In this document: positions 38,252-52,689 of the stretch, one piece after another
Layout: every line of letters starts with the position of its first letter
How positions within the stretch are numbered: position 1 is the first letter of the stretch
From: Octopus bimaculoides
Taxonomy: Eukaryota
DNA: 64,000 nucleotides
NCBI RefSeq assembly: GCF_001194135.2
Contig: NC_068994.1
Span: 27,266,780 to 27,330,779 of the forward strand
Direction: 5' to 3'
The notes under the pieces: model-generated
Databases searched by the model: none
Told to the model about the DNA's origin: nothing
Seen by the model: the letters and a program-made list of their open reading frames with translations, nothing else
Translations under genes and position numbers: made by a program

Positions 38252-38769
38252 NNNNNNNNNNNNNNNNNNNNNNNNNNNNNNNNNNNNNNNNNNNNNNNNN
38301 NNNNNNNNNNNNNNNNNNNNNNNNNNNNNNNNNNNNNNNNNNNNNNNNNNNNNNNNNNNNNNNNNNNNNNNNNNNNNNNNNNNNNNNNNNNNNNNNNAGC
38401 ATATTTTAATATAGATGTGCATAAGGAGGATTAAAAAGGATTTCTAACCAGCTTTCATTGCATGGTAAATTTTCAAGAAGAGTGGAAATGAAAATGTTTT
38501 TTTTACAAAAATATTAAAAATATATAAAAAAAATAAATATACCAATACATTATATTGTCTTTGACTTTTTAAAGTTCAATGGTAATCCATGTAGATAATT
38601 GTTCGATAGATTAGGCTGCATGGAATTAAGAATCGTGTTGTGTTTAAAAAAGGCTGAGAGTTTATGTGTTAAACAGAAAGTGTGGTGTCAAAACAGGAAG
38701 TGTGTGTAAGGGAAGACAATTCTTTAGTTGGAGTTCTGGACTCTTTGTCAACAGGAAGTTTATGTTCTT

Positions 38770-40520
38770 GTTCTTAGAGAAACAAGAAGTAAATTTAAAT
38801 GTATTTCAATGGATAGGCAGGAGAAGGGAATTCTAGAAGTTTTTCATAGGATTCCTTCCATATGATGAAACAATCATCCAAGTATCTTTTCTAGTTTTCC
38901 ATTAAGTAGATGTGGAAAAGGTGTTCAAATTTCTGGTGTGAGATCTCATATAGTGATAATTCAAAAAAACCCGTTGGTACCCATCGCGATACCATATTTT
39001 TGGCGATAGTATGTGTTTGCAAACAGAAAGTAATTATTGATCAGAATGAGCTTAAGTGATTCTGTAATGAAGGTTGTGCTGATGCGATTAGGAAATGCTT
39101 CTAGGAGTTTCTCCAGCCAGAATTTAATTGCTTCAATACCAAATTCATGAGGGATGTTTGTATATAGGTTGATCACGACAAAAGAAACCAAGAATGCTTC
39201 CTCATTTGTTGTTTTTGGGAGGTGCTTAAGCATGTCAAGATCATCTCTAATGAAACTTTTGATGTGACTTAGGAAAGGTTTCAAAAGGATGTCCAGGAAG
39301 TTGCTTAAGCGGTGTGTTTCGCAGGAGGTGCCTGCTATAATGAGTTTTAGTTTTAAGTCTTCTGGTGCCTTGATGTTGATGTAGATGTCAGAGGAGAGTT
39401 TGCAGGCTTCGGTGATGGATTTGTTTTTATGGATTTTAGGGAGGCCATAGAAGAGGCTGGGCTTGCATTTGAAATTAATGATATAATCCTTTTCTTTGTC
39501 CGTGAGTCCTTGACCATGTTGGAGTATAAGGGTGATGAGGTTTTTTAGAGTTTTTTGTTGTTTATAGTTGGTGATAGTTTCATAGGAGTTATCGTTTAGT
39601 AAGGAGAGTGCTAGGTGTTTGTAAAAATCTGTGTTCATTAGGACTACAGTACTACCTTTGTCAGCTTCTTTGATAGTAAGGCTTTGTCCTGTTTCCATGT
39701 TTTGCTATTAAAGTTGGATTTGACCTTGGTTTTGGGTGGGGTAAAAGGGAAACTCTGGATGTGGTTGCAAAAATCGTCCAGTGCTTTATTTCTTCCTTTG
39801 GAAGGTATGAAGTTGCTTTTGTTTTTAATAATTGAATCATCCTCATTGTTGAGGTCTATAAAAGCTTCTGTTAAACGAAGCTTTCTGCAGAATTCTGAAA
39901 TGTCATCCTTGATCTCAGTGGGGTTGGGTGTCCTTGGGGTGGGTGTGAATTTTAAGCTTCTGTCTAGGATGTTAATTTGGGTTTGTGTAAGGGTTTTATT
40001 AGAGAGATTTATTATTTTAGTTTTCTTTTTATGGGTCTGTATTAGCGGTGGTGCCTGTTTTTCTCCCCTCTGTCTAAAAAATGGTTGTTGAAGTAGGGGG
40101 TGTAGTGATTGTCAGAGTTCTGGTAGAAGGGGTAGAGGTTGGGGTATTGTTGGGTGGAGAGGCTGGAAGTGGATGGGCAGTTATAGTGATTGTGTTGGTC
40201 TGGGATGTGATGGTTTAAGGTTTTGTGAGAAATGCGGTGGGTTTTTGGGTGTTTGTAGGGTGGATTGTATGAGAGGTTGGAGTGGGATAGGTAGTTATCG
40301 GGATTCTGTTGGTGTGAGTAGCGTGGGTATGAAGATCTGTAGGAAAAGAGGTATGATTGTGGATGCTGGTTGGGTGGACGGTATGGGGTTCCTTGGGTGG
40401 GAGTTTTGTGCATCGGTGTGGGTAGGATTCCTTGTTTGTTATTGGTGTGAGAGTGGGGAGTATTGAGATAGGGATAATAACAAGTGTAAAGGGGGTTCAT
40501 GATGCTTCTTGTCCATGGAG
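38770..40520 (-). mobile_element. Penelope-like element: N-terminal region + reverse transcriptase, 3'-truncated
   Basis: FKLTPTP, IKEADKGSTVVLMN, FYGLPKIHK, NLYTNIPH, YYRQKYGIAMGT, then RYLDDCFIIW in another frame. Confidence 0.92.
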
Positions 40521-40540
40521 GAGGAGGGTTGAGTTGGGTC

Positions 40541-40593
<53 letters not shown>

Positions 40594-41814
40594 TCTCTAT
40601 GTGGCCTGTGTGCTTTCTGTACCTTGTTTATCATTTTGTCCATGTTCTTTTGCAACGTCATGTACTCAGATATGCATCTATATATACATGTAGATGAAGG
40701 TATGTACATACATGGACATATATATGCATACACTCATATATTATTTATATATATATATATATATGTATGTTTCTATGTATGTATGTACGTATGATGGTGG
40801 TTGTATACTCCTTATGCAGAGTTTGACCACCTCCTGCACCTTCAGCTTAGAACTATCATGGCATCTGATGTGGCTTGTTAAACCAGACAATATTTTGAAG
40901 ACACCCACATAGATTGCATATCTGATTTGGACACCAAGAGCTGCAAATAAGTTCTGATCTTTGTGGATCTTAAAATTTCTCCATTAGATTTGCAAACCTC
41001 CTGTCAGACATTGCATTGAAAAGTCTGCACAGACGTATAAAGCAGAATAGTTGGTGGAGGTGTGGTTTCCAAGGGTTTGCAAATGAGATTTGAGCCCAAC
41101 AAAAGAAAAGCATGGTCTGTCATACATACATGGTCTGTCACATACATATATATATATACATACACACACAAAAGTGTGTGTGTGTATTTGTCTGTCTGTC
41201 TTTGTGTCTGAAATTAAGATGTTAATGGTTGTATTGGTATGGTATATTCCTAATTACCCACTTGGGGCTACAAAGATAGACAATACAAGAACAGACAAAC
41301 ATATTACTGGGGAGAAAAAAGAAAAACAAACAGAGAAAATGGTTATAAATAGTGAAAAATGGAATGAAGGCCAATCGACCCCACAATATGAGTGACCTCA
41401 TTTAGACTTTTTAAACCGTTTATAAAACAAATCATTACATTATCATCAGTTAGTCATTGCTGAAAAAGAGGTAACAAAAGCCCACCATTTCCCTATTCAG
41501 GTCTCTGATCCTTATTTTACTATAAGTCTACTCATTTCTTCCTTACACACCAGGGTGCATCTGGAGTGCTTGAGTTAACCCTCAGACACCGACATAGGTG
41601 GGTTTATTTTCTTAATTTCCTTTCTTAACTTTTTGTTCGCTTGGTTATAAACCACCATGTGACACATTTTTTGTGGGGGAGGGTGAGATTGGGGAATTTT
41701 GGGTACCTGGATGTCTGTGCCTGTGTCTGGAGGGACAAAGTGAGAGTTGGTGACTGTTGGGTGAGGGTGGGACAGTGAGGGACCTGGTATGAGTAGGATG
41801 GGGAGTTCACATTT

Positions 41815-42280
41815 TCACATCAGTTCTTTTTTTCCTCCACTTTTTCTTTTCTTGACCTGTGTACTCCATTCTGTTTCCTCTGCCTCTCGGGTTTCTTCCT
41901 CCTTCTTTGGCTCCTCCTTGCTCACATAGGATGGCGCAAGAGGTGGAGGTGTGATTTCCTTCGTTGGTGCCTTTGTGTCAGGTGGAGGGCTTTCTGCTTT
42001 TATGTGACCTTTTTGGCCACATTTAAAACACAGGGGAATCCTACCCTCCACTTCTCAGTTTTACTTCTTCACCAATTGTGATGGTTTCCGCTATCTTCTC
42101 CAAAGCTTCTGCAATGGCCTGGATTATCATTTCCAAGCCCAGCCTTTGCCAATTCCTTTGTGGCACTCGTTTGATCTGGAGGACCACAACCTTGTCTTCC
42201 ACACCTCACAACCACTTGTCAACCAGTGTTGATGTGTTTCGTTTACATCCCTATAATTTAGAACCTCTATTAGTTTCTTA
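41815..42280 (-). mobile_element. Tx1/L1-type ORF1 (gag-like zinc knuckle) remnant
   Basis: CFKCGQKGHIKAES is a CCHC knuckle with the last Cys lost; a Pro/Glu/Lys-rich tail follows. Confidence 0.65.
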
Positions 42281-45200
42281 TTGGTTCATCAAAGGAACCA
42301 ATAGAATGAGTACCAGATTTAATGACAAAATAAGTACTGAGATTGATTCATTTGACTAAAATATTCTTCAAGGTGGTGCTCCAGCAAGGCCATAGTCAAA
42401 TGGCTGAAAGAAGTAAGACATAAAGAACAGCATCATCATCATGATAGTGACATTGCCTAGTATGTCCTTCTTTTTTAAGATGATAAGATTCGCAGGAGAT
42501 TTGACTGCTGTGTCTAGCATGTTGAGCAGTTATGTATAAGTTCCCTCTGGGGGTATCTCAATGAGAACTGAACCCCAAGTCAATAAAGACAATATTCTAC
42601 ATTATCATTATCTTTCAATGAGGCAAAATCCCTTTTTTTTAATGTCAGAATCGCTGACTAATGTTGTAGTTGATTAGCCCTGGGTTAGTCCCTAATCAGT
42701 TGACCTATGAATAAAGGTAGTCCAGTCATGACCATCCCATTTGTATTTCATACATACTCTATTTAAAGTACAGTATCTCGTGTATCTTTCATTTTTCCCT
42801 CTGTTGACTGACAACAAGTGTTACTAGTGGGGTTGCTTAACCCCAGATCTGCCTCAATCAAGTATATCTATGATCAAAACTACTTTTTCATATATCTTAA
42901 ACAACTTTGTCCAATGTCCTTCCAGTTTTAAGACAGTGGGGTGTAAGTTGGAGGAATCTGGCTGTTATTTCTAACAGATCATGTGGCCACAGAAGCTTTC
43001 ATTGTTGCTGTTGAAAGTGTTAGAGTTGTTACCATAGTGACTCACAAATCATTTCGATATTAAGCTTCCATATTTTTAGAGAGAGGGAGGGGTTTCTTAT
43101 TCAATAAACATAATACTATTTTCTATAATTCAGTTCCAGACTCTTCACCCTCATCCTCTGCTCCATCAGAAACTATTTTATTTTGAGCTAAGAATAGTTG
43201 TTGTTGTTGTTGTTGACAATGGTGTTTGTTGTTTTTATTGTTAACATTGTTCTTATTGCTATTGTTGTTGTTATGGTTTTGTTGCTATTGGTGTTTCTTT
43301 TTTGGTACGCCTAGTGTTTGATGTTCATGTTGTTGTTACTACTGTAGTGTTTCATGTTGTTCTTGTTATTGTATTTGTTTGATGTTGTTGCTATTTTTTT
43401 TATTCCTCTCTTCATAGTTGTTATCACGATTGCTGTTCCTATATTTGTTTTGTAGTGGTGGTGATGATGGTGGTTCTTGGTTTTGGTGGTGATTTTAATG
43501 GAATTATGGGATTTTTCTATGAGCAGCCCTCGAACATCTCCTCTCAATTGAGGATCACACATTGTTGATTTTTAAAAATTTTGTTGGTCTTGTTTACACA
43601 CAAAACCCTCATAACAACACACACACACACATCCTTTGTTTTGTCCTGTACTGTCCATGATGTCTTTCTTAATGTAAACCCTTGTGCCTATACTAGAAAG
43701 GATTATTATTATTGTTAGGGTGATGGATTCATAGAAATGCTAGAGTGTTGGACAAAACGCCTTGCACTTTTTTCCAGCTGTGTATGTTCTGAGTTCAAAT
43801 CCTCCTGGTTTGAATGCCTGCAACATAGTGGACTCCTGTTAAGCCAACAGAGTATCACATGGTGGTGTTAAACTGGGTTATATATTATCATTCCCATCCT
43901 CTCATTGTTTGTATAACATCAGAGAAGTTTGATAATAGATATAAAGTTTATTGCAGAAACCAACTGAATAGCTATAGCCATATGCAATGAGTGAGAGAAA
44001 TTATATGGAACTAAAGTTAGCTATACAATATAAAGATGCAAGATTAGGGAAACTTTTCTTCATAACAAGTGTGACAACACACACACACACACTACACAAC
44101 AGAACATGCACTACTTCTAGCACCAAAGCAGATGAAACAGATACTATAATCACATTTAGTACTGGTCACATTGGCAAGAGGCACTATACAAGGAACAACA
44201 CATTTCACAAATTTAATTGCCTGTATGATGGATGCCAACATGAGAGAATATTCATTGCAAGCAATTAAAACCTTTAAATGTCTCATTAGCAGACATGATT
44301 AACAATACATTTCTAGAGTGGTGTATCATACGAAAATTTGGTTTTCTCAAATGCACAGTTACATTCTTGATAAAAAACACTGTAAGTTGTCACCACCACC
44401 ACCATCATGATCATTGCTTTAAATTGACGTTGGCTGAATTTTCTGAGGCATGTTTTAAGGCCACATACTGTCCCTGTTGACAACCCTTTAAGTCAATTTC
44501 TCATATGATTCAGTTATACCTTTTCTAGAAAAACAGTATAAAGTAATACAAAATCATCAAAAATATAATAAAAGAAAGTATAAGAATGTAATACAGAAAG
44601 ATTGTGAAATATATCTGAAACAAACAAGTCTTCTTAAGCCTAATAATGCTAATCATTAGATGAAATTCTCTTGATGCGGTTTAACAACAATGAAATGTAC
44701 TCAGAGGTATCACTGTACTGGCAAACATAAGTCACTCACAACTATATTACTTTTACAATTAATTTTAATTAATTTAAATTCCAGATTTGTTTTCCCCACT
44801 CTCACTAGAATTAATCTTTTTCTCTTACTTGTTTCAGACTTTGGATTGTGATCATGTCGGGGCACTATCAGTACTATCTTTTTTAAAGTCTGGTATGTAT
44901 TACATTGTCTCTTTTGCCAAACTGCTAAGTAGTTAGAAGGACATAAACAAACTAAAAACGACTGTCAAGCAGTGGGGAGGGGGGAGAAACACAAAGACAT
45001 ACACACATCATACATACGTGTGTGTGTGCATATATATACCAATGCTTGTTTTTATGTCCAGTTATAATAAAAATTTTACATTAATCTAATGAATAACTCG
45101 ATACTTTTGTAGAGTACAAATTTATTATTCTTATATATGCATGTTGTTGACAGTGACTTTGAAGATTCCAAGAATGGTTGGAATTTCGAAGTCACAGTCA

Positions 45201-45355
45201 ACAGTATTATTCATCATCATCGTTTAACGTCCACTTTCCATGCTAGCATGGGTTGNNNNNNNNNNNNNNNNNNNNNNNNNNNNNNNNNNNNNNNNNNNNN
45301 NNNNNNNNNNNNNNNNNNNNNNNNNNNNNNNNNNNNNNNNNNNNNNNNNNNNNNN

Positions 45356-45486
45356 CTTGTTTCGCACTGGCAAAAGTGTGTTGATTCTGATGGTGTTTAT
45401 TTCGAATAATAAAGTTTCGTTTGAGCCGAAATATTTGCATCTGAATTTAAAGGTTAAAAACCGCAAGAACTTTCTTGGCAACCTCA
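45356..45486 (+). mobile_element. 3' end of a mariner of the same family as 15532-16803
   Basis: LVSHWQKCVDSDGVYFE* followed by the TIR caagaactttcttggcaacctca-ta. Confidence 0.85.
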
Positions 45487-46030
45487 TATATATATATTTA
45501 GATATTGGTACATATACACACTCATGAACTCTCTCTCACACACACTCCTACACATATATGGTAACATGGGAAAACAGATGTTAAAGTGGTAATGGTGAAG
45601 ATGATGATGATGATGATGATGATGATGCCACTACTGCTGTCAACATCAACAATAAAATAATTGCCATGGTGTATTTTATATTTAGTGTCACGCAATGCAT
45701 CCTGACTAATTTTGAATATCTTTATAGATAATGTGTAACTATAGAATTTACGCAGCCATAGAAATTACGAATGCTTTGAATTTTTCTAGAAAATAATTCA
45801 ACTTGCTATAAGATTTAATGAATAGATGCAGCCCAAGTAATTATCAACATCTGTTTATATACAAAACTTTGTATAGGATATTGGATATAATGTAATATCC
45901 CATGTAATTTCGATCATTTTTGAATATACAAGATATATGTAAAAACATCTACATATATAACATTTAATTATAGTTATATATGTTTAGAAAATTGCTGAAA
46001 ATAATATATTGATTCTCTCTATCTCTCTCC

Positions 46031-46061
<31 letters not shown>

Positions 46062-46325
46062 AAGAGAACTGCCAAATCTCTTGAAAATGAATGTTTGTAT
46101 GATTATGATATTATGCAATAGTGACCCATGTGAGTGTGCGTGTGAGTGATTATTTTCAGGTGGGGCATTTGTTTATGTGTGGGAATTGTGTGTTTGTATA
46201 TGTATATATAAAGCAAAAAGTACAAAAAGAAACGATGGGAGGGACAAGTTTTAACAAATGTATTAGTTTAACACATGAGCATGTATGCAAGCAGTGCATA
46301 AGTTGTGTGTGCATGCATAAATGTA

Positions 46326-47318
46326 CAGGGTGCAGTGAATAAATTGTCATCAAAATTACACAAAAATGAAAATAACACTGACATCTCATTTTAACAGATA
46401 TATTTACCAAAATTACATAAAAATATCTTGAAATTCTAAAGAGTAAATTTATTCAATAAAATCCCCATTGGCTTCAACCATGGCCTCCAGACAACTTCAG
46501 AATCTCCTGCAACTCTCCTGAACAATCTCCTTGTTTAAGTTGATGAATGCTGCCATGATCCTTGCCTTCAGTTCACCTTAGTGTTACAAGGAGTTTTGTT
46601 GGTCTCTTGCTCAGCTGTGCCCTACACATGATAATCAAGGGCAATGCAGTCTGGGTGACAATTTACCCATTGCACCCCATATATCTGTATATTTACTGAG
46701 AGTGATAAAAATCAAACATCCAGTCAACATCATGATGTTTGGAGTGATCACTAGTGATGGCTACATTATACCTCCATTCATCTTCTTACACAGCCTCAGA
46801 CTCAACACAGAGGCCTACATCAAGTGCCTGAAGGAGGTAGTGCAGCTCTGGATCAAGAGGGTGGTTGCTGGAAGACCCTATGTCTGGCAACAGGACTCCG
46901 CACCATGCTACACAAGTAGGAGAACCCAATCATGGCTGTCAGACAAATTCTGCGACCACATCACCTCTAACATCTGGTCACCTAACTCCCCAGACTGCTA
47001 CTCCCTTGATTATTATGAGTGGGGCACAGTTGAGTGAGAGACCAACAAAACTTCTTGTAGCACCAAAGATGAACTGAAGGCAAGGATTATGGCAGCATTC
47101 ATCAACTTAAACAAGGAAACCATCCAGAAAAGTTGCAGGAGATTCCAAGGTCATCTGGAGGCCATGGTTAAAGCCAATGGCGATTTTATTGAATAAATTT
47201 ACTCTTTAGTATTTCAAGATGTTTTTATGTAATTTTGGTAAATATATTGTTAAAATGAGATATCAGTGTTATTTTCATTTTTGCATAATTTAGATTTCAG
47301 TTTATTCAATGCACCCTG
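46326..47318. mobile_element. Composite of two maT/Tc1-like deletion derivatives in inverted orientation
   Basis: Outer TIRs cagggtgcagtgaataaa / tttattcaatgcaccctg are both TA-flanked. There is an inner TIR at 46657-46679. The plus-strand copy encodes WQQDSAPCY...WSPNSPDCYSLDYYEWG (DD37D-like). Confidence 0.85.
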
Positions 47319-47320
47319 TA

Positions 47321-47802
47321 TATCATCGTCGTTTAACGTCCGTTTTCCATACTAGCATGGGTTGGACGATTTGACTGAGGACTGGTGAAACCAGATGGCT
47401 ACACCAGGCTCCATTCTGATTTGGCAGAGTTTCTACGGCTGGATGCCCTTCCTAACGCCAACCACTCAGAGAGTGTAGTGGGTGCTTTTACGTGTCACCC
47501 GCACAAAGGCCAGTCAGGCGGTACTGGCAACGGCCACGCTCAAGATGATGTATTTTATGTGCCACCTGCACAAGAGCCAGTCCAGGGACACTGGCAACGG
47601 TCTCGCTCAAAAATCCTACGTAGGCCAGTCCGGCGGTACTGGCAACGGCCACGCTCAAAATGGTGCATTTTATGTGCCACCTGCACAAGATCCAGTCCAG
47701 GGGCACTGGCAACGATCTCGCTCAAAAATCCTACGAAGGCCAGTCAGGCGGTACTGGCAACGGCCACGCTCAAAATGGTGTATTTTATGTGCCACCCGCA
47801 CT
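47321..47802 (-). mobile_element. RTE-tail SINE-like element with an internal 115-bp tandem amplification
   Basis: The minus-strand tail reads atggaaaacggacgttaaacgacgatga. Repeat units start at 47507, 47622 and 47737. Confidence 0.75.
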
Positions 47803-48323
47803 ATTTTGAGTATAGGGATACCTCTAAAGGGGATGTTATCATCCAAACTTCACTGGTTCAATCTTGTATATTGATGTAAAAGTTCTAGAGTCCAGTATAA
47901 CTTAATAGTATTGGTGTTTATTGTTTAAATAAGCACCAATTAAGTATATTATGGAGTTTAATGGCTAATATATTTTGATATATGGGTATATTTCAATATA
48001 ATATATTATAAGGAGAAAATGGAGAGTTTTAACTCATAAAATTCAATTTATTTACATTTTGTCAAAAATTCTCTGTAACCTACAATTGTTTCCTTAGTTA
48101 ACGCAATTAATTACAAATCAATGAATTAAAAATTAAAAACTTGCATCTTGAAATAGTGAGTTAAATATTTCCCCAGGGTGAGAATTCAACATATATAAGA
48201 ATCACATAATAAATGAACAGGTGATGGTCAACAGACCCAACATGACAATAGTGCTTGCGTGTACTTGTGTGTGTTAATATTTAAAAAAAAAAATATACAT
48301 TTATGCCTTTGTTTCTATTTATT

Positions 48324-48386
<63 letters not shown>

Positions 48387-48719
48387 ATTAAAATTATTTG
48401 CTCATGTGCGTGTTAATAATTTTAAAAAAATACTATTGTGTGCATGTCTTTCGGTGGAGGAGTGTAAGATTCGTTTTAGTGCTTTGCAGAATTCAAGTCA
48501 GTCACTAATCAAGTGACAAGGCATTTTTGCATAGCTTAAAATTACAACTTTTTTTCATTTTTGTTGGAGTTGGCATGTAACAAATTTTACTCTGTTCATT
48601 ACTTAAACAAAAAGAAAGGATTAAAAATAAAAGTTGCATCTATTTGCAATGGATGCATGAATGTAATTTGAGTTCAGGTATGAATTTTGCTATGACATCA
48701 CAATGGGGACAATGAGGAT

Positions 48720-49950
48720 TTTGATTTTGCCTGGGAGTGGACAAATGTGTCTGTCATGATACATTTTATGCAACTCAGATCAATCTGGGCAATAATTGGG
48801 AGTATTGCATTTTTTTTAAAGATTTTGACATTTGATATCTTGCCATTTTATGTTGCAGAAATTGTGCATACAACATATGTGAAAGGTTTCAAGTTTCTTT
48901 ATATGTCTGTTGTAGGGAGTCCATGTTTCTGCCCCATACAAAAGTGTGCTCAAAATATAAGATTTGTATACATTTATTTTAGTTTTCAGACTGACACTGT
49001 GTTCATCCCACAAATGACAGAAAAGTTTTCCAAAAGTACTTGTAGCCTAAGATATTTTAAATTTGATTTTGTTATCAAGAGTTTCTTAAAGTTTATTGTA
49101 CTTCCAAGAGATTTAAATGACCTGACCTATTTGAGTGGCTTATTATCAATCATCTCATTTGAATCTTGAGTATGTTCTCTCCCAGGCTTTTGGTTGGAAT
49201 AAAACTTCAGTCACCCCAAATGCATGAGCTGCCACAGCACGCCTGTCAACTATTTCCTAAATTCCTTCAAATGCATGAGAAATTCAAAGTGCAATCATTG
49301 TGAACAGAAAATTACATAGAATCTCTTCCTTGGTCTTTTTCTTTGATTTGAAGCTTTCCCCATTTAGATTTAGTAGATTTTGTCTGTGCAAAACCTTCAT
49401 GGTAATCCCAAAATGCATGTTAGATCATCATTGAAAAGAATATTGCAAAAAAGTACAGGAGCTAAGACACAGCCTTGTTTAGTTCCAGTGGAAATAGAAA
49501 ATTCCTCTGAACATTAACTGTTACATATCACTGTTGTCATCATTCCTTCATGCAAAGATACCATTACTTTTATTATTTTACCAGGGAGACCAACTTTTAA
49601 CAAAATTTTTCAAAGTGCCTCGTGATTCACTGTATCAAACAAAGGCCTTGGTTAAGTCGACAAAGGCCACATACAAATCAGTATTTTGCTCACGTGCTTT
49701 CTGTTGAACTTGCTGAAGAGCAAAGATCATGTCAACTGTGCCTCTCCCTGCCTGAAATCCACACTGGGATTCAGGATATCTACTGTTTACTACATGCATA
49801 TTGATGTGGTTAAGAATCACCCTCACAAGAATTTTTCCATCTATGCACAACAAACTTATTCCCCCTATGATTATCACATACACTCTTCTTCCCTTTGTTT
49901 TTGTACAAGTGCATTATGGAGGCATCCTTGAACTGTTGGGGGATAGACCC
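48720..49950 (-). mobile_element. RTE (BovB-like) LINE RT fragment
   Basis: FKDASIMHLYKNKG, PESQCGFQAGRGTVDMIF, FVDLTKAF, KQGCVLAP and LLYGAETWT. Confidence 0.88.
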
Positions 49951-49968
49951 AGTATGATGATGATGATG

Positions 49969-50002
<34 letters not shown>

Positions 50003-50004
<2 letters not shown>

Positions 50005-50545
50005 TGCCCTGATGCAATACCAGGCTGTGGCTCTCATGGTTTCTTATCTTAACTGATTGGAAGTGTTATGTACATTGTTTTGTCATGGTATAAAAGATGG
50101 GCTACTGCAAATATTCTGCTCAATACCACAGATTTGCTTGTCAGTTGTTTGACCTTAACCTTGGTGGCTGACAATATGTGCACCTCTGATCACAAGCAGA
50201 AGTATTAGGGGAGCATCATAGTCATGCGTCGAGAGGAATTCTTTGAGGTTTGAATAACTTCCCTCTGGAAACATGGGTGTTCCGCTCATCATCCTTAAAC
50301 AATCCTTGTTCAGGGACCTTTTGTGTGGGGTGGGCTATTCAACTGGAAAAAATTCTAACTGGGCCCCATCTGCAGGGTCATGCGCTGTTTATCCTGATAT
50401 AAAATCACTTTGTTGCTCACATGTGGTTGTGATGCATGTGCCTAGTGTACCCTTATCAGACAGGTAGTCATGATGAGTATATTGGGTTTTGTATAATTAT
50501 ACCTCCGTGTCACTTTGATGATATGCGCTGCTCTCTCACTCAATA
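50003..50545. mobile_element. ~540-bp non-coding interspersed element embedded in (AAT)n
   Basis: A unique, higher-GC block flanked by (AAT)n on both sides. Probably a non-autonomous partner of TAA-targeting LINEs (inference). Confidence 0.5.
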
Positions 50546-50869
50546 ACAATAATAATAATAATAATAGTAATAACAACAACACACCAAACATGAAGCTGGC
50601 TAATATTCTTCCACCTATGAAGGAAGACTGCCCTCTCTAAGTTTCTTTAAGCAAAATGGTAGTGCCAAATAAACAATTCTTGCCAGTAAGATTAAAATGG
50701 AAAAGACACAAATGAAAATGCAACCAGATCTAAATCATTCCACATTGGTTGTCAAAGAGGTTACCAAGAACCACGTCTCTCAGTGGACATCTAAGCTAAG
50801 GTTGAAAAATTGGTATCTGGAAGGAACTCCCCTAAAGATTGATCTGAGGGAAATCAAAACCCAGATCTC

Positions 50870-51700
50870 AATTCTGACACCTCCGATCAAATACAAACTA
50901 ACAGTATCAAAAGAATTAGAAATATATGGACATATGAGGAGTACAGACAGGTTGTGACAGCATTTTACACAGCATTGAATAAACCAGAAAGAAACATTAG
51001 TGGACAATGCTATAACATCTGAAAATATAATGTCAGAGAAAACTTTCAGGAATATATAAACTCAAACAAATTAGCAAATGTACATAGAGATATCATACGT
51101 AACCATAGACTTACTCCATCTGGAATAAAGTATATCAAAATTACAGTTAACACTAATTTAAATAATGACAACAGAGAGAGAAGAGTATGTAGTAAAAATT
51201 AACAACATGAATTTGGAAGGGAATACTACAGAAAACAAACCACAACATAAAGTTGATTAAATGCTAGAATACGAGGCCCACCAAGAGCAAAATAATACAC
51301 CAGAACATGTGACCCTTCATGAATTTGAAACCCCCGCACATGCTACATTTATAGAAGACAGCATCAACTGAAATCAAGATGCTAAAAGTGACATCATACA
51401 TGAATACAATATCTCACAACATACAGAAATGAATGACAGAAAACAGCTGCCCAAATTCCAAACAAATAAGTCTAACCTGTTTAACAAAAATTTTTGGTTA
51501 CATCCAAAAAGAAATCTTTCCAGTCTAAATGTTACTTAACTGCATTAAATCATCCACAGCTACTCAATAAATAGGCATCAAGCTGAATAAAAAGGATCCC
51601 AAAAAAGAACATACAAAAACAACCAAAATGAAAAGAATGAATAAACAAAGAAATTGAACTGCTTAGGAGTGAAACTTTGGCCAAGGGGGCTAGTCAGTTC
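50870..51700 (+). mobile_element. R4/Dong-like LINE N-terminal remnant
   Basis: WTYEEYRQVVTAFYTAL matches the KWTNKENRMVMQCY motif at 55381-55572. Confidence 0.5.
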
Positions 51701-51950
51701 CTTTGACCCACATGTACAATTGGTACTGTTTCATTGACAATGCTTTCTTTATTTTCTGCAAGAATAGCTGTTGAAGGACATTAGATGGACAATATATACA
51801 CCAGTAGTGGGGTTAATAATAAATTTTAAGTCATGATTTGTGGGTGAGATTGGGCGCATAAATGTGGAAGTAAATTGCATTTCATTTCATTAAATAGTCT
51901 GGAATATTGAGAACACGAAGACCAGCAGTAGCACAATTAAAATAATATTA

Positions 51951-51983
<33 letters not shown>

Positions 51984-52689
51984 GTCACTTTATTATTATT
52001 GTTATTAATATTTTATTGTTCTTTTTGTTATTGTTATTATTATTATCAATATTATATTTTTAAGTGGTGATTTGAGTTATTAAAATTATTCCATCTCACT
52101 AATTCAACCAACGACATTCACCAAAAACCTGTCTCTGTAAACAGAATTTTTGCAATTACGTTTTTACTTCTTGGAATTTTGAAGGAATTGTTTTTATTAA
52201 TTACCTTTTATTTATGTTTTTTTAATCTTATTTTTGCAGTTTGTTTAACTTAATTTAAATTGAAAATGTTTTAATATTTTAATTTTCAAATTTTGTTTGT
52301 TTTGTTTGGTTCCATGAAGAATTTAATTTTCATGAACTTTGTGAAAGGCTGGTATTTTTTCTTTTTTGTATCTTTCTTCGAATACTTCAGTTTAGTTCCT
52401 GTTACATAACTGCTGAGTTGGTTAGAGTAATAATTGATATATTATCGTTGTTGTTGTTGTTCAGCCATATCATTGAATTGTTGTTGAGGTTATATCAAAA
52501 CTATTGCTACCAACTCAAGAAATGCAGTGAATTGGCAAAATCATTACAAGTAGAACAAAGTGATTTGTAGTATTTGATTTCAAATTCTATCAAAGCCAAC
52601 TTTACATTTATTCTTCCAGAAGTCAATAGAATAAAAAGTATTTATTGACAGCCACTTCCTCAAAAATGTATAGGCACCTGCCATTATTA

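Noticed and set aside
47372-47400. CTGAGGA-ctggt-GAAAC hammerhead candidate
   Set aside because: Stem II cannot form; it is a simple hairpin in a SINE tail.
47507-47802. Possible CRISPR-like array (also 56746-56925)
   Set aside because: The units are contiguous with no unique spacers, there are no cas genes, and the context is eukaryotic.
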